From NCBI GenBank assembly GCA_050084985.1, contig JBITNC010000001.1, forward strand, positions 154,504,001-154,568,000: DNA of 64,000 nucleotides, in the 5' to 3' direction. The position numbers and the translations under genes are program-made. Of the stretch, positions 39,050 to 51,810 are shown in pieces (the first letter of the stretch is position 1; every line of letters starts with the position of its first letter). The notes under the pieces were generated by a model, which did not search any database, was not told the origin of the DNA, and saw only the letters and a program-made list of their open reading frames with translations. This DNA comes from Nageia nagi. Lineage: Eukaryota > Plantae > Pinophyta.

Positions 39050-42000
39050 CTGCAAGCCGTTATGCACAATTGTCAATTCATGATGATTGATTGGAATTCA
39101 AAAGCTAAAAGAAGTAAAACATCAAGCCAGTTTTCTAAGATGCTGTAGAAGGGGTTTTTCAACAGGTGAAGAGCTTTCCAGAGAATGTGAATGGAACTGA
39201 ACATAAAAACACACTAGGATCCTTTTTCCAAACTTCTGCCCCTGAGGGGAATGTAGGAGACAGATTGTTGATCATCCTTTCTCTACACGTTGCACTAGGA
39301 GGCGTCTCCAAGACCCCCTGGCCCCATTGAGGACCTAATATACCACATCATTCTTCCCGTTCAGCAACACTACCACCAAAATGGTTTTCAGCGACTAGCG
39401 TACTCACCATGGCAAACCAATACAACACTCAGTGGATCATGTTTACATTTAGACTGCTAGCTTATTTAAGATTTAGATCATCCTATCATGGATGCATTTG
39501 TACTCGAGTTTCCTATTATTTTATGTTTTCTTTAGTGATAGCCCTTTAGGGGTTTTGCTGGTTAGCGGACCATGATTGTGCCTGACAATCCATTGACTGC
39601 TTTTGGTCACCTGAGGACATTAATATACTTTCTTTCTTTCTTTCTACTTTTAGTTCTATCAATTTCCAGTCTCTACTTTGTTATTCCTGTTGTCTTTCTG
39701 TAATGTGAAATATTTTGCATATTTCTATCTTCAATACCCACTCTTAATCAGTAAGCACAAAACCATAAACATACGTAATGCATCTCATGAATTTCTAAAG
39801 AAGGTTTATAGAATATACAAATCTGCTGTCCGCACCGGTGACTTGCTTCTGCTATTGTGATGTTATCATCTTAGTGTTGAGAATCAGCGATTCTTTCGAA
39901 AACTAGCCCAAGCCCCAAGCCATGTTGAGCTTAACGAGCACATACACAATTCGTTGTACTCACTGAACGCTTCCTCTTCTCAGGTCCAGCAAGCTTTCTG
40001 GGTTAAGCTAGTATAACCCCTGGAATCTTCACTCTGACAAAGTCCAAGAATGAAAAACTGAACTAAATAAACACAAAAAACTTGCATATTCAAAGAATTT
40101 GCTTTCCCTTGAAGGAAGGCTTTTTCAAGTTATTGCTTATACGGTTTATTTGTTAATCATGTATGTATTGATGTTGGTACGTTACGGAATGTATACAAAA
40201 AACATTTGTCTTTGTAAAATCTGCTAAAATTATATATTTTTTCTTTGGCAATTCTTTGTTGGGATTTTTTTAACGAGTCTCTGTCAAAACATAGACCTGC
40301 CAACTCTGAGAAATATCCACATCGCAACACTCTGATTTTTGTATATCCTTGGGGTCCATAAAAAAAAAGTAAATATGAAGCTTTATGATACAAAGACGAG
40401 AAAGCTTATTTGAATTCTATCTATTTTATGTCAGCCTTGTCAGACTGAAACAGATGCATCAGGGTACGCTATGAGAATTATACTTATGCAAGAAGGAAGA
40501 CCAAAATGTTATAGTTCATAATTGTTTTCTTGGGAAAATCTTGAATTATGAAAATGTATCCAAGAAGAACTTGCCCTGATACAAACAGCAGAGAAAAGAG
40601 AGAACTCTATAAAAGACAAATAAACCATCATTTATATTCCTCATCAGCCCTATGAAAGAATTATCTTCCTTCAATGTTACTTACCCACTCTAACCCACAT
40701 GTCATTCACCATTGTAACGGAATATGTGAGGGAACACATGTCACATGCTATTGTAAGGGAATATGCAGATGTAAGAGAATAATTACGTAAAGAAATATAG
40801 AACATGTGTAAGGAAATATGCACAATGCAATATGCTACCTAAGATAGTTCCATTGTATAAGGTCATATATGCAAGACAAGAATTAGGGTGTAACTTATAT
40901 TTTTCTTGCTGCATATTTCCATTACTGTTATTTTATATTTTTTGCTATGTTTAGTTTTCCTCTTTTGCAATCTATTATTTAAAATTGCTCCTATTAATTA
41001 ACTTTGTCTTATACATGAAATCCTATTTACTATTTAGTAATTTACAACCAACTTCCTAGCATCTATGCAAGTTTGTATTAAAAGCTTCTATGGCAAATAT
41101 ACCAACATGAACTAAGGATTGCTTGTCTTATAAGATCAATCGCCTAGCCACCAAGAAGGTGCTAATTCCCTATCCGAGTCATGGGAGCAATTCTTCACCA
41201 AGTTGGACCTTTGCTTAAGCTACCATCAAATTCACAAGAAAAAGGATGTCGTTTCCAAAACAACTTTTTGAACACATGGAAGTCATTATGAGTTTTGCAT
41301 GATACCTTTCAGCCTCACATATGTGCCCTCCACCTTTCAAAGCTTAATGAATTGTATTTTGTGGCCCTAGCTTCAAAATTTGTATTGATGTCCTCTAATG
41401 ATATCTTGATCTACAACAAAACTTGGAGGGACAATCTCCAACACCTTGAAAACATACTACAATTATTATAGGAAAACTACCTCTACATCAAGCAATTGCG
41501 CCTTTGGGGATTGAATAGTCAAGCATTTTTGTCACATTGTCTCTAAGCACAATGTAGAGGTTGATCCAAAGAAGATAAAGGCAACGAAGGATGGTCAAAA
41601 CCCCACACCTTGAAAAGCTTACAATGATATATGGGCGTCCTAGGCTATTACTACAAGTTTATGAAAGAGTATGGTTAAATAGTCACTCCCCTCACTACCA
41701 TGTTGAAAAATAACGAAATAGGCATTGGTCAATTGAAGCCCACTATGTGCACTTCACATAGTGGGCATTATGCATGACTTAATGTCATTGAGAGTGATGC
41801 ATGCAAGGCATGTAATAGCATATTGCTAATGTAAGAAGGGAACTCACTTGCCTTCATAAGTAAGGCCTTGACTAGCAAGAACTTTGCTAAATCTACTTAT
41901 GAGAAAGAAATATTAGCAACCATTCAAGTAGTCACTCACTAGCACCTTTATCTCCAAGGAAGACATTTCTAGATCAAGACTAATCATCATAGTCTAAACT

Positions 42001-42140
42001 CTAAGGTACTTTTTGGAACAACGTCTCTTCTCTTGACCAATGAAAGTGGCTCACCAAAGTAATTGGGTATGATTAAGATCACTTACTGTAAAGGTAATGA
42101 AAACATTGTAGCAGATGCACTTTATCGCTTACTAGAGGAG

Positions 42141-45100
42141 TGTCAGAAAATAGTAGAATTGATAATAGAATAACATTAACCAATAACCAAAAATAACATA
42201 CGAAATTAACGTGGAAAACCCTACTATATGTAGAGAAAAATCATAGGGCAAAAGGGAATCTTTATTACTCTCAAACTCTTCAATGTACAAAGACAAGGTG
42301 TCATTCCCCTTATATAAGAGAAATAGAAAGATTCTAGACTTTGTAGTACATGCAAATCGTGCCCAAGAATATCCGCTCCTAAAAATAGTCATGCTTAATA
42401 ATAACCATGTGCAATCTAAAAATAGTATTGGTACACATGGAGAAGGATCATCAAGGGGCACATTGCCGCACCCTTGCACCACCATGCAGAAGAACATCGA
42501 AAATTTGTATATTCACTTCAGCTCCCAACATTCTCCCACTTGAATTCAATATACAAGAATTCTTTGCCTATCTTTCCCATCCAAGTGCCAATTGCCCAAT
42601 GTTGTCTTCATTACATTTTCAACAAGCCCTTCAAAGTTTTGCACCACTTAAACTTCTCTCTCTCAACCAACTTTGTAAGAATTTGGTTTGCTACTCCTAA
42701 ATCCTTCACCTCAAATGTCCTAGCCAACTGACCCTTAAGATCATTGTTTTTCTCCATGCTAGGGCCTGCAACTAGCATATCATTGATATATAATAAGCAT
42801 AATGGTCAGCTTCACTTCTGCTGAAACTTTGGCTCTTCATGAAGGTGTCAAATTTTTTGTACCACATCCTTGGCACCTGTTTCAAACCATACAAAGATTT
42901 ATTGAATCTGAAAACTAAATTCTTTTTTCCTCTTTCTTCATATCCATTAGGTCGATCCATATAGATCTCTTCCTTGAGATCATCATATAGGAAAGTTGTC
43001 TTCACATCAAGTTGCTCCAGTTCTAGGTTTTGTACTACTACAAGAGCATGTAAAACTCTAACAGTAGTAAGTTTTGCAATTGAAGAGAAGATGTCATTAA
43101 AGTCTATACCTATTTTTCACGCATAACCTTTTGCCACCAAGCGAGCTTTATAGTGTTCCAACAATCCATCATTTTTCTTCTTTATTTTGTACAACCACTC
43201 GCTACCATCAACCTTTCTTCCAAGTGGAAGATCCACAAGCTTCCATATTTCGTTCTTGTAAAGTGCTTCCATTTCCTCGTCCATGGCTTTTCTCCACTTT
43301 TCTACATTCTCAGACTCTCTAGCTTCCTGAAATGAGCTAGGCTCACCAACATCAGTTAACAAAGAAAAAGAACATTGTAAATCAAGAGAATACCTCACTG
43401 GACACTTTTGTGGACGTGTAGGTCTTCTAACCCAATGATATGTCAATTGTGGCACTTGATCTTGCGATTGTTGAGGCTGCTGAACTTGCTGATCAGCAGG
43501 CAGGTCAAAAGCTTCAACATGCTTATCTTCACTTTCATTATTGTTCATATTAACTTCAGCAAGCACAACTTTAGGTGTTTGTTGTTCCTCTTTCCTTCGC
43601 ATGGATTTTTCATTAACAATAATAACACAACTAATAATTACCTTGCAGGTAGTAGGATCCCACAATTTATACCCCTTCTATATATCTTCATAGATGAGAA
43701 AAATACATTTCTTTAATTTAGGGTCAAGTTTGGACCCTTTTTCTTTAGGCACATGGGCAAATGCATCAAAACCAAAAGTACACATATGAGACTAATCAAC
43801 TACTTTGCTATGCCAAAACTCCTTCCAAATTTGTCCATCCAATGCAGCTGTAGTTGATGTATTAATAAGGTAAATAACGGTATTAACAGCCTCAACCCAA
43901 AACATTTTCTCCAACCTAGATGAGCTAAGGATGCTTCTTGTGCATTCCATTGTTGTGTGGTTCATCCACTCAACCACACTATCCTGCTGTGTAGTATATG
44001 ATGCAGTTTTCTGAAGCTTAATTATTTGTTTTGTACATTATTTGACCTGAGACATATAATAGGCTTGCCCAAACTTTTCTCTTCTCATGTCTTAAACTCT
44101 GTGAATTTCTCCAAACCTTCTTCCTTCTTTATTAGAAAATAGATCCACAATCTTCTAGAGTAATCATTTATAAATATAAAAAAGCTAAAATACTTATAAT
44201 CACACAAGGATTGAGTGGAGACAGGTCCAAATATATAAAAATGAATTAATTGCAAAAAAGTAAAAAATCCTACTAGGGCTAGCAATAAATCGAACGAACC
44301 CTCTTTTGGATAAAAAATACCTAAATTGCAAATCATAATCCTAGCAAGCATACGTCGATCATGCATGGTTTTTAATCCTTTTTCACTCACATGCCCTAGG
44401 AATTGATGCCATAGCATCATTGCATCCCAAGCATTTCTCGAAGTTGTTGCTATTGCATTGTTTGTCACTGTATCACCGCACAAACGATACAGGGCCCTAT
44501 AAGATTCTCCTTTTGCTACTGTAAGGACTTCTTTGGTAATTTTGCAATAATTGTTACCAAAAGCAGTAGAATACCCAAGTTTATCCATCATATTGATTGA
44601 AACCAAATTCTTCCGCAAATCAAACACATGTTGTACATCACACAACATCCTTTCTCTACCATCATCCAACCTCATCCTTATGTTCCCTCTTCCCATAATT
44701 TCACAAGGATGGTCATCACCCAAGTAAAGCACGCTGCCATTTTAGGGTTGGTATTTAACAAACTAGTCTCTATGTGGAGACATGTGGAAATATGCACCCA
44801 AGTCCAAAACCCATGTATTTAAAACAGATATGTTGTTACTTATATAGAAGGCCTCACATGATGCTGCCTCTTTTGAATTTGTTGTATTGGCCTCAACTAA
44901 TGGCTGATTTTTCTTCCCACCATTCATCTCTTTCTTTAGATTCCAAAAGTCCTTTTTGGAGTGTTTTGGCTTCCCACAATGCCAACACTTCCCTTTCTAC
45001 GTGCATCTTTTTGACTTAGATCTGGACTGTGATCTTCCTTGTTAACTCCTTTTAGAATATCGATCTATCATAGATAGGGCTTCATTGGTTGAGGTCCACC

Positions 45101-46122
45101 TCAACTCTTCTTGCAACGAAGTTCCTAACTCAATCATTAGTATTGAGAGTTCTTGATGATACATTTATGATGGTCATAACTAAATGATCCTAGGTGTCTT
45201 GGAGGGAACAAAGTAAAGTGTTGGCTGTATCTTCATCATCCATTTTCACATTAACAAAGAACAATTTACTAGTTAAGATATTAAGCTCATTTAGATAATT
45301 TGCCACAATTGAGCTCTCCTTCATTCTCAAACTATAAAATTGATTTTTCAAGAAAATCTTATTTGTTGTTGTTTTAGTCTCATACAACTTCTCAAGAGTC
45401 TCCTATAGTTCCTTTGTAGTATTTTCTTTAGCAACATTGAATAAGAAAGAGTCTTCTAGGCATAGGAGAATTGTAGAAACCACCTTCCTATCTAGTTTTT
45501 CCCACTCCTCATATGTCATATTGTTGCCCTTATGTGCAACCCCTCTCAAGACTAGGGCTTGGTCATTCTGAACAAACAAATCCTCCACCTTCATCTTCCA
45601 TACGGTGAAGTTACTGCCATCAAACTTCTCTATCTCAAACTTGGTTACACCTCCTATCGTTGTTATAACTCCCACTCATACAAGACTCTAAACAAGTTTT
45701 AAGAGAACTTAGCTCCAGTACCAACGGTTAGAAAAACAGTAGAACTAATAACATGACAACAATAATCAACAACCAAAACTAACACACAAAATTAACGTGG
45801 AAAACCCTATTGTGTGGAGTGAAAAACCATAAGGCAAAAGGCATCTTCAATCTTTATTACTCTCAAACTTTTCAATGTATATAGACAAAGGGTCATTCCC
45901 CTTTTATAAGAAAAATGAGAAGATTCAAGAGTCCGCAGTACATGCAAACCGTGCCCAAAAATAGTTGTGCTTAATAATAGTTGCATGCTATCTAAAAATA
46001 ATGACTAAAAAATAGTATTGGTACACATGGAGGATTGTTAGGGAGTGCACCACCACACTCTCGCACCCATGCACCACCATGGAAAAGATCATAGATTTGG
46101 CCATTGACTTCACCTCCTAATA
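42141..46122 (-). mobile_element. Copia (Tnt1/Tork-like) element; LTRs 42141-42530 and 45726-46122; TSD AGGAG
   Basis: AGGAG at 42136-42140 and 46123-46127; PBS TGGTACTGGAGCT; PPT AGTGGGAGAA; gag KFEIEKFDGSNFTVWKMK (45403-45675), integrase and RT ORFs (44085, 43792, 43117, 42772). Confidence 0.93.
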
Positions 46123-46673
46123 AGGAGAAGAACATATTCTATGCTAGATCGAATGGGTTACAACCCATGACTCTCCAAAATATCAAAGACCTAGCAGTTG
46201 ATTCAAAATCCAATAAAAAATTACTCTTGCCAAGGTGTATTACTACACTATAAGGGATACTTGGTAACCCTACCAAGTCTATCACCAAGACCAAATTGTT
46301 TCATGAGTTGCATTCTACTCTACTAGGGGGATAATCAAGTTTACCCTACACTTATTAGAGAACCAAGAGGAGCTTCTCAGAAGGCATGAAGTCTCCTGCT
46401 CTCCTCCACATTATGGTCTAAGTCTCAACATTTACATCTATTGCATTGAAGAACATTTCAATTTCTAGTGAGAAACCTATAATATTAGTAGTAGTAGACA
46501 GGCTGACCAAGTACACTCATTTTTGTGCATTGGGACATCCCTACATAATAATGATTGTTGTCCAACTTTTTATGGACCAAATATTTCAACTTTAAGGGTT
46601 GCAATACTTGGTAGCCATTACGATCCCACCTTCACAAGTAAGTTTTGGCAAGAATTGTTCAAATAGCAAGGTA

Positions 46674-46809
46674 CACACTTAAAACACAAGTAAGCCTCTT
46701 AGTCACAAATGGATGGTCAAACAGAAAACATTAACAAATGCCACACTTAAAACACAAGTAAGCCTCTTAGTCACAAATGGATGGTCAAACAGAAAACATT
46801 AACAAATGC
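46674..46809 (+). repeat. Perfect 68-bp tandem duplication
   Basis: 46674-46741 is identical to 46742-46809. Confidence 0.95.
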
Positions 46810-47589
46810 CTTGAAACAAACCTCAAATGCTTTGCATTGTCTCCAAATCCCATCGGATTTGATGGCTTCCTCTTGCCAAATGGCAGCACAATACTTTCTA
46901 TCATTCCTCCTACAAGATGACACCATATGAAGCATTATATACCCAACCACCAACATCCATGGTGTCACGCCTACGAAGCATCTCTAAGGTGGAGGCAATG
47001 AATGTCACTCTAACTAATTGCACCAATATGCTCTAAATCCTAAAGAAAAACCTAGCCACAACTCAAAACAGAATGAAGCAACAAGTTAATCAAACAAATC
47101 CAAATGATGGTTTGAAATGGAGAAAAGGTCTTCCTTCATCTCTAATCCTAGAACCAGACATCCTTGAAACTAAAGGGTTTCTAAAAACTTGCTCAAAAGT
47201 TTTGTGAGCCCTGCATAGTTATTCAATAGATTGACAAGATCACTCACTTCTAAGAAACACCTAGTATCCCATATGCCATACCTTAAGAAGGTAATTAATA
47301 ACAACACCTGCAACTAGACAACACTTCTAGAATTGGATGAGAAAGGCTCTTTACTTCTCAAATAGGCAACCATCCTCCATGATTGTGTATGTCAATTTCA
47401 CTTCCAGATAATCACATTAGTTCTAGTTCAATGGGAAGGGCTCCTACAAAAAGATGCCAAATGGAAATCATTCCGAGACCTTCAACAACATATAGTTGAT
47501 TTCAAGCGTTGTAGATAAGGATTTCCTAAGGGGGTGACATGTTACATCCTTATTCGTTTCCATACATGGCCTTATATAATAGAAAGGAT

Positions 47590-48851
47590 CTAGGGGTGTC
47601 ATGAATGAAGATGCACCAAAACCGAAAGATGTTGATGAAATTATAAAATGGACTACAAAAGATCGAAAAGCAAGAGCTATAATTGGTCTAGGACTCTTAG
47701 ATGCATACCTATGTCACATTGACTTCTCAAAGACTATGAAAGAAGTTTGGCATGCTCTCAAAGAATTATTTGAATCGCATGAAGAAGTAGATGTTGAAGA
47801 CCTTCCCCACAATGACAATGAGGAATATGTTTTTCTACATTGAATCAAGAAGTATTCCTTGTGAATAGTTATCTGTCCCCAATCACAAGGATTATTTAGT
47901 GTGGCCTTAATTCCCATTGAAATATTTTTTGATGTATTAAGTGGAGGCGCACACCACATTTGTTGTGAATAGTTCTGTTCAATAACAACATGATGGTTCT
48001 ATGATTGGATGTGTTTATCCCCAATCAAAATTATTAATTATGATTGGTTGTGTCCCTAATCATTTTTGATGTAAACAGTAATGTGTGTCCATTTTTACAA
48101 ATTTGATGATATATAGTGTGTGTGTCCCTATCCAGTTGTTTGTGATTGGTTGTGTATCCCCAATCACAATTGTTATGAACAGTAGTAGGTGTCCCCAATC
48201 ACAATTGTTGTGAACAATAGTGTGTGTCCTTGTTTGCAACTTTGATCTTGGAGAGTGTGTGCGTCATTATCTAATTCTGTTGTAGGATCATGGATAGCTG
48301 ACTGTGTCCTTGTCCATGATTAAGTGTCCAGTGAGGCCATTCCCACTATTTCTCATCGTGAATAGTCAAGTGTTTACCTATTTGCACTCTAAGTGTATTT
48401 GATGAGCTGTTGAGCGTACCTTAGTTCAATTATATAGTTATTTGTATTGTTCTAAGTATCCCTACACATGTTTGAATCATGATGTAACAAAGGGGGATGT
48501 TAAAGTTTTATTACATCACGTAGGCTTTTGTTTGTTAGTTGTGTTGTTAGCCTATTATGATTTCCACCAGAAATGGAAATCATATTGTGATAGATGCACT
48601 TGCTAACACTATTGTGCATATAATATAGCCTATGCTGACCTATACAGTTGTATTTAGAATTTCAGACTAATAAAACTTGCACTTGCTACACTATTGTGCA
48701 TATAATATAGCCTATGCTGACCTATACAGTTGTATTCAGAATTTTAGACTAATAAAACTTGCACTTGCTACACTATTGTGCATATAATATAGCCTATGCT
48801 GACCTATACAGTTGTATTCAGAATTTCAGACTAATAAAACCTGGGGTTTCA
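47590..48851 (+). mobile_element. Small Copia-derived non-autonomous remnant: gag fragment, degenerate tandem repeats, PPT, 3' LTR 48499-48851
   Basis: ORF 47601 KWTTKDRKARAIIGLGL...VWHALKELF (Copia gag); TGTCCCCAATCACA repeats 47870-48300; PPT AAAGGGGGA then TGTTAAAG...GTTTCA. Confidence 0.68.
48595..48840 (+). repeat. Three near-identical ~82-bp tandem units inside an LTR
   Basis: Units start at 48595, 48678 and 48760. Confidence 0.95.
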
Positions 48852-49169
48852 CTTCTTTGAATAGAATACGCAACTTGATGACATGCATATACACACTTGG
48901 ACAACAATGGTATCACAACTCTAAATGCACGTATCAAAACCCCACAAAGAGCTTTACATTGATATGTATTTTTGATACAAAACCTATTGATAGACCTTTT
49001 ACAACATACTTGCTTAATCGAATACTGTATTTAAGCTTTGTTGAAGACCTCTCGAATGCTTGAGATTCTCATTTTCATCCATTATATGTTTGTATAACTT
49101 CCTAACCATTCATTTTCCCTTATTGCACTTCTTGAAATCACACAAGGCCGTCAGTGGTGATTACATTCT

Positions 49170-51260
49170 GTCACGGATGGTTCTGAGTGATAGACAACTG
49201 TTTTCACTATGTAGGCGGCAACTGTATATGTGACCATTTTGTTTATGAACATGCTCTCTTCAAAATGAGCATTCCAACACACTTTGATTGTTCCTAAAAA
49301 GAGTTACGGTTAGCATGTCTGCTTCATCTCCATTCAAGAGTCTGCTCACCAGCTTCACAGTTGGTGACTTTGGACTCTCAACTTCAATGTCTCGAATCAT
49401 ATGCTGCTGCAAGATGAGCTAAAGGATGAAAATCATGAGAAAGAGGAGGTATTAGATGTATGCTCTGCCAAGCATAAAGAAAGTGTATACGATCAAGAAA
49501 TCCATCACAGAAGAATGAATCCATTCAGCAGAGGAACAATACTAATAGAAAGAGCAAGAACAACATTGCCAAAGGAAATTAGGGGTATGCTATTATTGTC
49601 ATCACATAACACATAGACAATGGGAGTGCCTCATAAAGAAAAATAACCATAGGAATGAAGCAAGGACATTGCACAAAATTAAGATAATTATTTGTTTTAT
49701 GTCTTTTAAGTTTGAGGAATGTGAGGCCAATTGTCTTGTGCTGCTGCTTGTGAATACAGGCTTTATGAATGGTCAAGACGAATAGCTATGGAACATGAAG
49801 ATCAGGATAACTGTTTCCTTCGAAAATGATGCAACCATTTAAGTAACTAATGGAAAGAATGCCTGAATCTAATAAATCTAGTATGTTTTGTAGATTGAAG
49901 AGGAACCTTTTTGCTCTAAGTGAGACTGAAAAATAAAGATGAGTATCCCTTTCAAAAGGGAAAGAATATTCATCAAGAACAACCAAAACAGGGTCCAGCC
50001 TGCTGGAAAAGCTGAATTGAGTCTCTACAAGTTGTTGGGCAGCTCAAAAGGTAAGAGAGTGTTAAGTTATTAAATCTTGTCTAATAATTAGAAAATGCAT
50101 AAGACATGGGGTTTCTAATTTTTCTAAGCAGCTAAGGCTGGGAAAATTCAAAAGTTTGAATAGGAGGATATTTCTCTGAGGAGTGCCATGGTATACAAAG
50201 AAAATAATTTATGAAACTACTTGAAAATTAATATAAGTTCCTACACCAAAAATATGGATATCTCGATCACTCAACGAAAAACAGCTGTCTATTTCATTTT
50301 AAGCAATAACTATGTGTTTCCAAAAAAAATTGCAAGGCAGTTGCCGCTCCTTATTTTTAAGAAGACAATAGCATTGTAGAAGATGCATAGAACAAAGGTG
50401 ATAATGGGCTTTCTTATGGACTGGTCCTAGAAAAGGAGACTCCTATATTTTCTAAGCCAAAACTGCTCCATAATTTTTGGAGCTTTACTATTAAGCTGTG
50501 GTACCATGAAAATCAATCTTTCACTGAAATAATTTCATCTTTTACATTTTAAGTTCACTTACTATTTCAGATTCGGTTTTTATTTGGATTTAATTTATAG
50601 CCACCTTAGACTTATGGGATTATCTTTCAGCTTACTCTGCAAGGAGTACCAGTCTTCCTGCACTTCTACTGCAGTATGATGGTAACAGCAGTGGGGTCGA
50701 ATAACCTTTCCCCGATTCTCAGTCACTAGGGCTGCCTACAGCAAATTGAACCTGGATCCTCCTCTTAACATCTAATCTCCACCAATTGGACCCAATTTGA
50801 CAGGATACAATTTCAAATATTTATTGGAAAAATATCTTAAAAGAGAAAGTCTAGGATTGAACCATTTGGCAAATTTATTTGATATAGAGGTTATGCCCCT
50901 AAAAATTCATTCCCTATCCTGAAAGGACTCCTCACATTCATAAAAAGATTCCATAATCTCCCATACACAAGAAATTGGTTTGCTTCACTCAACTAGCTTC
51001 CTTCAGTGTAGCAAGCTTGTTTCATGAGACCGCCCTATTATTTATCATTACAATAAATGGGATAACTGAACATTGTCCATGACCTTCCACTTCCACTAAA
51101 TATGCATTCCTTGGAAAATGGAAGTCAAGGAAACACATAGGAATAAGGAGAACGCAAATGGATGCTAACTAGAGTGGATTGATGAAAATGGTGCTTTTGT
51201 TAGGTCCATTCTATACTCCAGAGTTAGTTGGAACCAGTTCTAAGGCCAAGTGTCAGGTAT
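49170..51260 (-). pseudogene. Putative decayed ferric reduction oxidase (FRO)-like C-terminal half inside FKBP17-1 intron 1
   Basis: Collinear remnants: STIFIN (51195-51178), L*(W)HPF (51174-51156), VEVEGHG (51096-51076), GWTLFWLFLMNIL (50000-49962), two hydrophobic helices (~49680-49500), HIYSCRL (49232-49212); many frameshifts and stops. Confidence 0.5.
50690..50800 (-). mobile_element. tRNA-derived SINE-like remnant
   Basis: Minus strand has A-box-like TGGGTCCAATTGG and B-box-like GGTTCAATTTG at tRNA-like spacing. Confidence 0.4.
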
Positions 51261-51474
51261 TTGAATTCCACTACCATTCTCCGATCTATGTGCACTAATC
51301 TACAATTTTTGGTTTGGCTAGTCAGTGATCAACCATGGTAACAGAAAAGCTATTCAGGCCAAAAAAAGTCCCATCTAAATAAGCTATCTTGTTATGTAAC
51401 TGGGTAGACAAGCTACAATTGAATTGTGTGATTGTTTTGTTATATGTGTAAGGGCAAAGAAGGGAAGGAGTTAC

Positions 51475-51810
51475 CGTATCTCCAGGCTTAGGAAATGGCC
51501 CATTGCCCTCTCGAATGTCTAATGCCTTGACGCCCCCCGATGCTTCCAACACCCGAAACTCATTTGAATCTGCAACTGCTTCAAATGGCCATGAGGATAA
51601 GCGCAGAAGCAGCAGGTGTGCTGCCAATGCCCGCTTTGAAAGGATTGATATGGGAATGGCACCATCCCTGCTTTGGGCTTGGCATACAATAGCGACTGTT
51701 TTCAAGTTTAATTTCTGGCTATATTTGTTGGGAATGGGAGCGAGGGGTGCCACTGCCAGAGGGCTTGCAGGAAGCCAGGCAGAGGCCGTAGGAGGCGCAG
51801 ATGCAAACAT
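51475..51810 (-). CDS. FKBP17-1: FKBP17-1 exon 1 (chloroplast transit peptide, thylakoid signal, start of FKBP domain)
   Basis: ATG at 51810; 112 codons MFASAPP...ASGGVKALDIREGNGPFPKPGDT, then GTAACT donor at 51474 (phase 0). SGGVKALD matches the plant FKBP17-1 family. Confidence 0.93.

Larger units (their letters stand above)
40675..47580 (+). mobile_element. Degenerate, internally deleted chromoviral Gypsy in intron 1, interrupted by a Copia
   Basis: LTR-like 40675-41105; RT and RNase H motifs 41120-42135; integrase and chromodomain (VLVQWEGLLQKDAKW) 46128-47515; PPT AAGGGGGTGACA followed by TGTTAC at 47540. Confidence 0.8.

Noticed and set aside
38624-39076. 150-aa ORF as a single-exon gene
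   Set aside because: It is exons 2 and 3 of FKBP17-1 read through a stop-free 147-bp intron with canonical GT-AG ends.
39270-39765. Possible LINE 3' end in intron 1
   Set aside because: Only compositional hints; no RT motif, clear poly(A) or TSD.
47860-48420. Spaced TGTCCCCAATCACA repeats resembling a CRISPR array
   Set aside because: Eukaryotic context, degenerate units, related spacers and no cas genes; internal TE tandem repeat.
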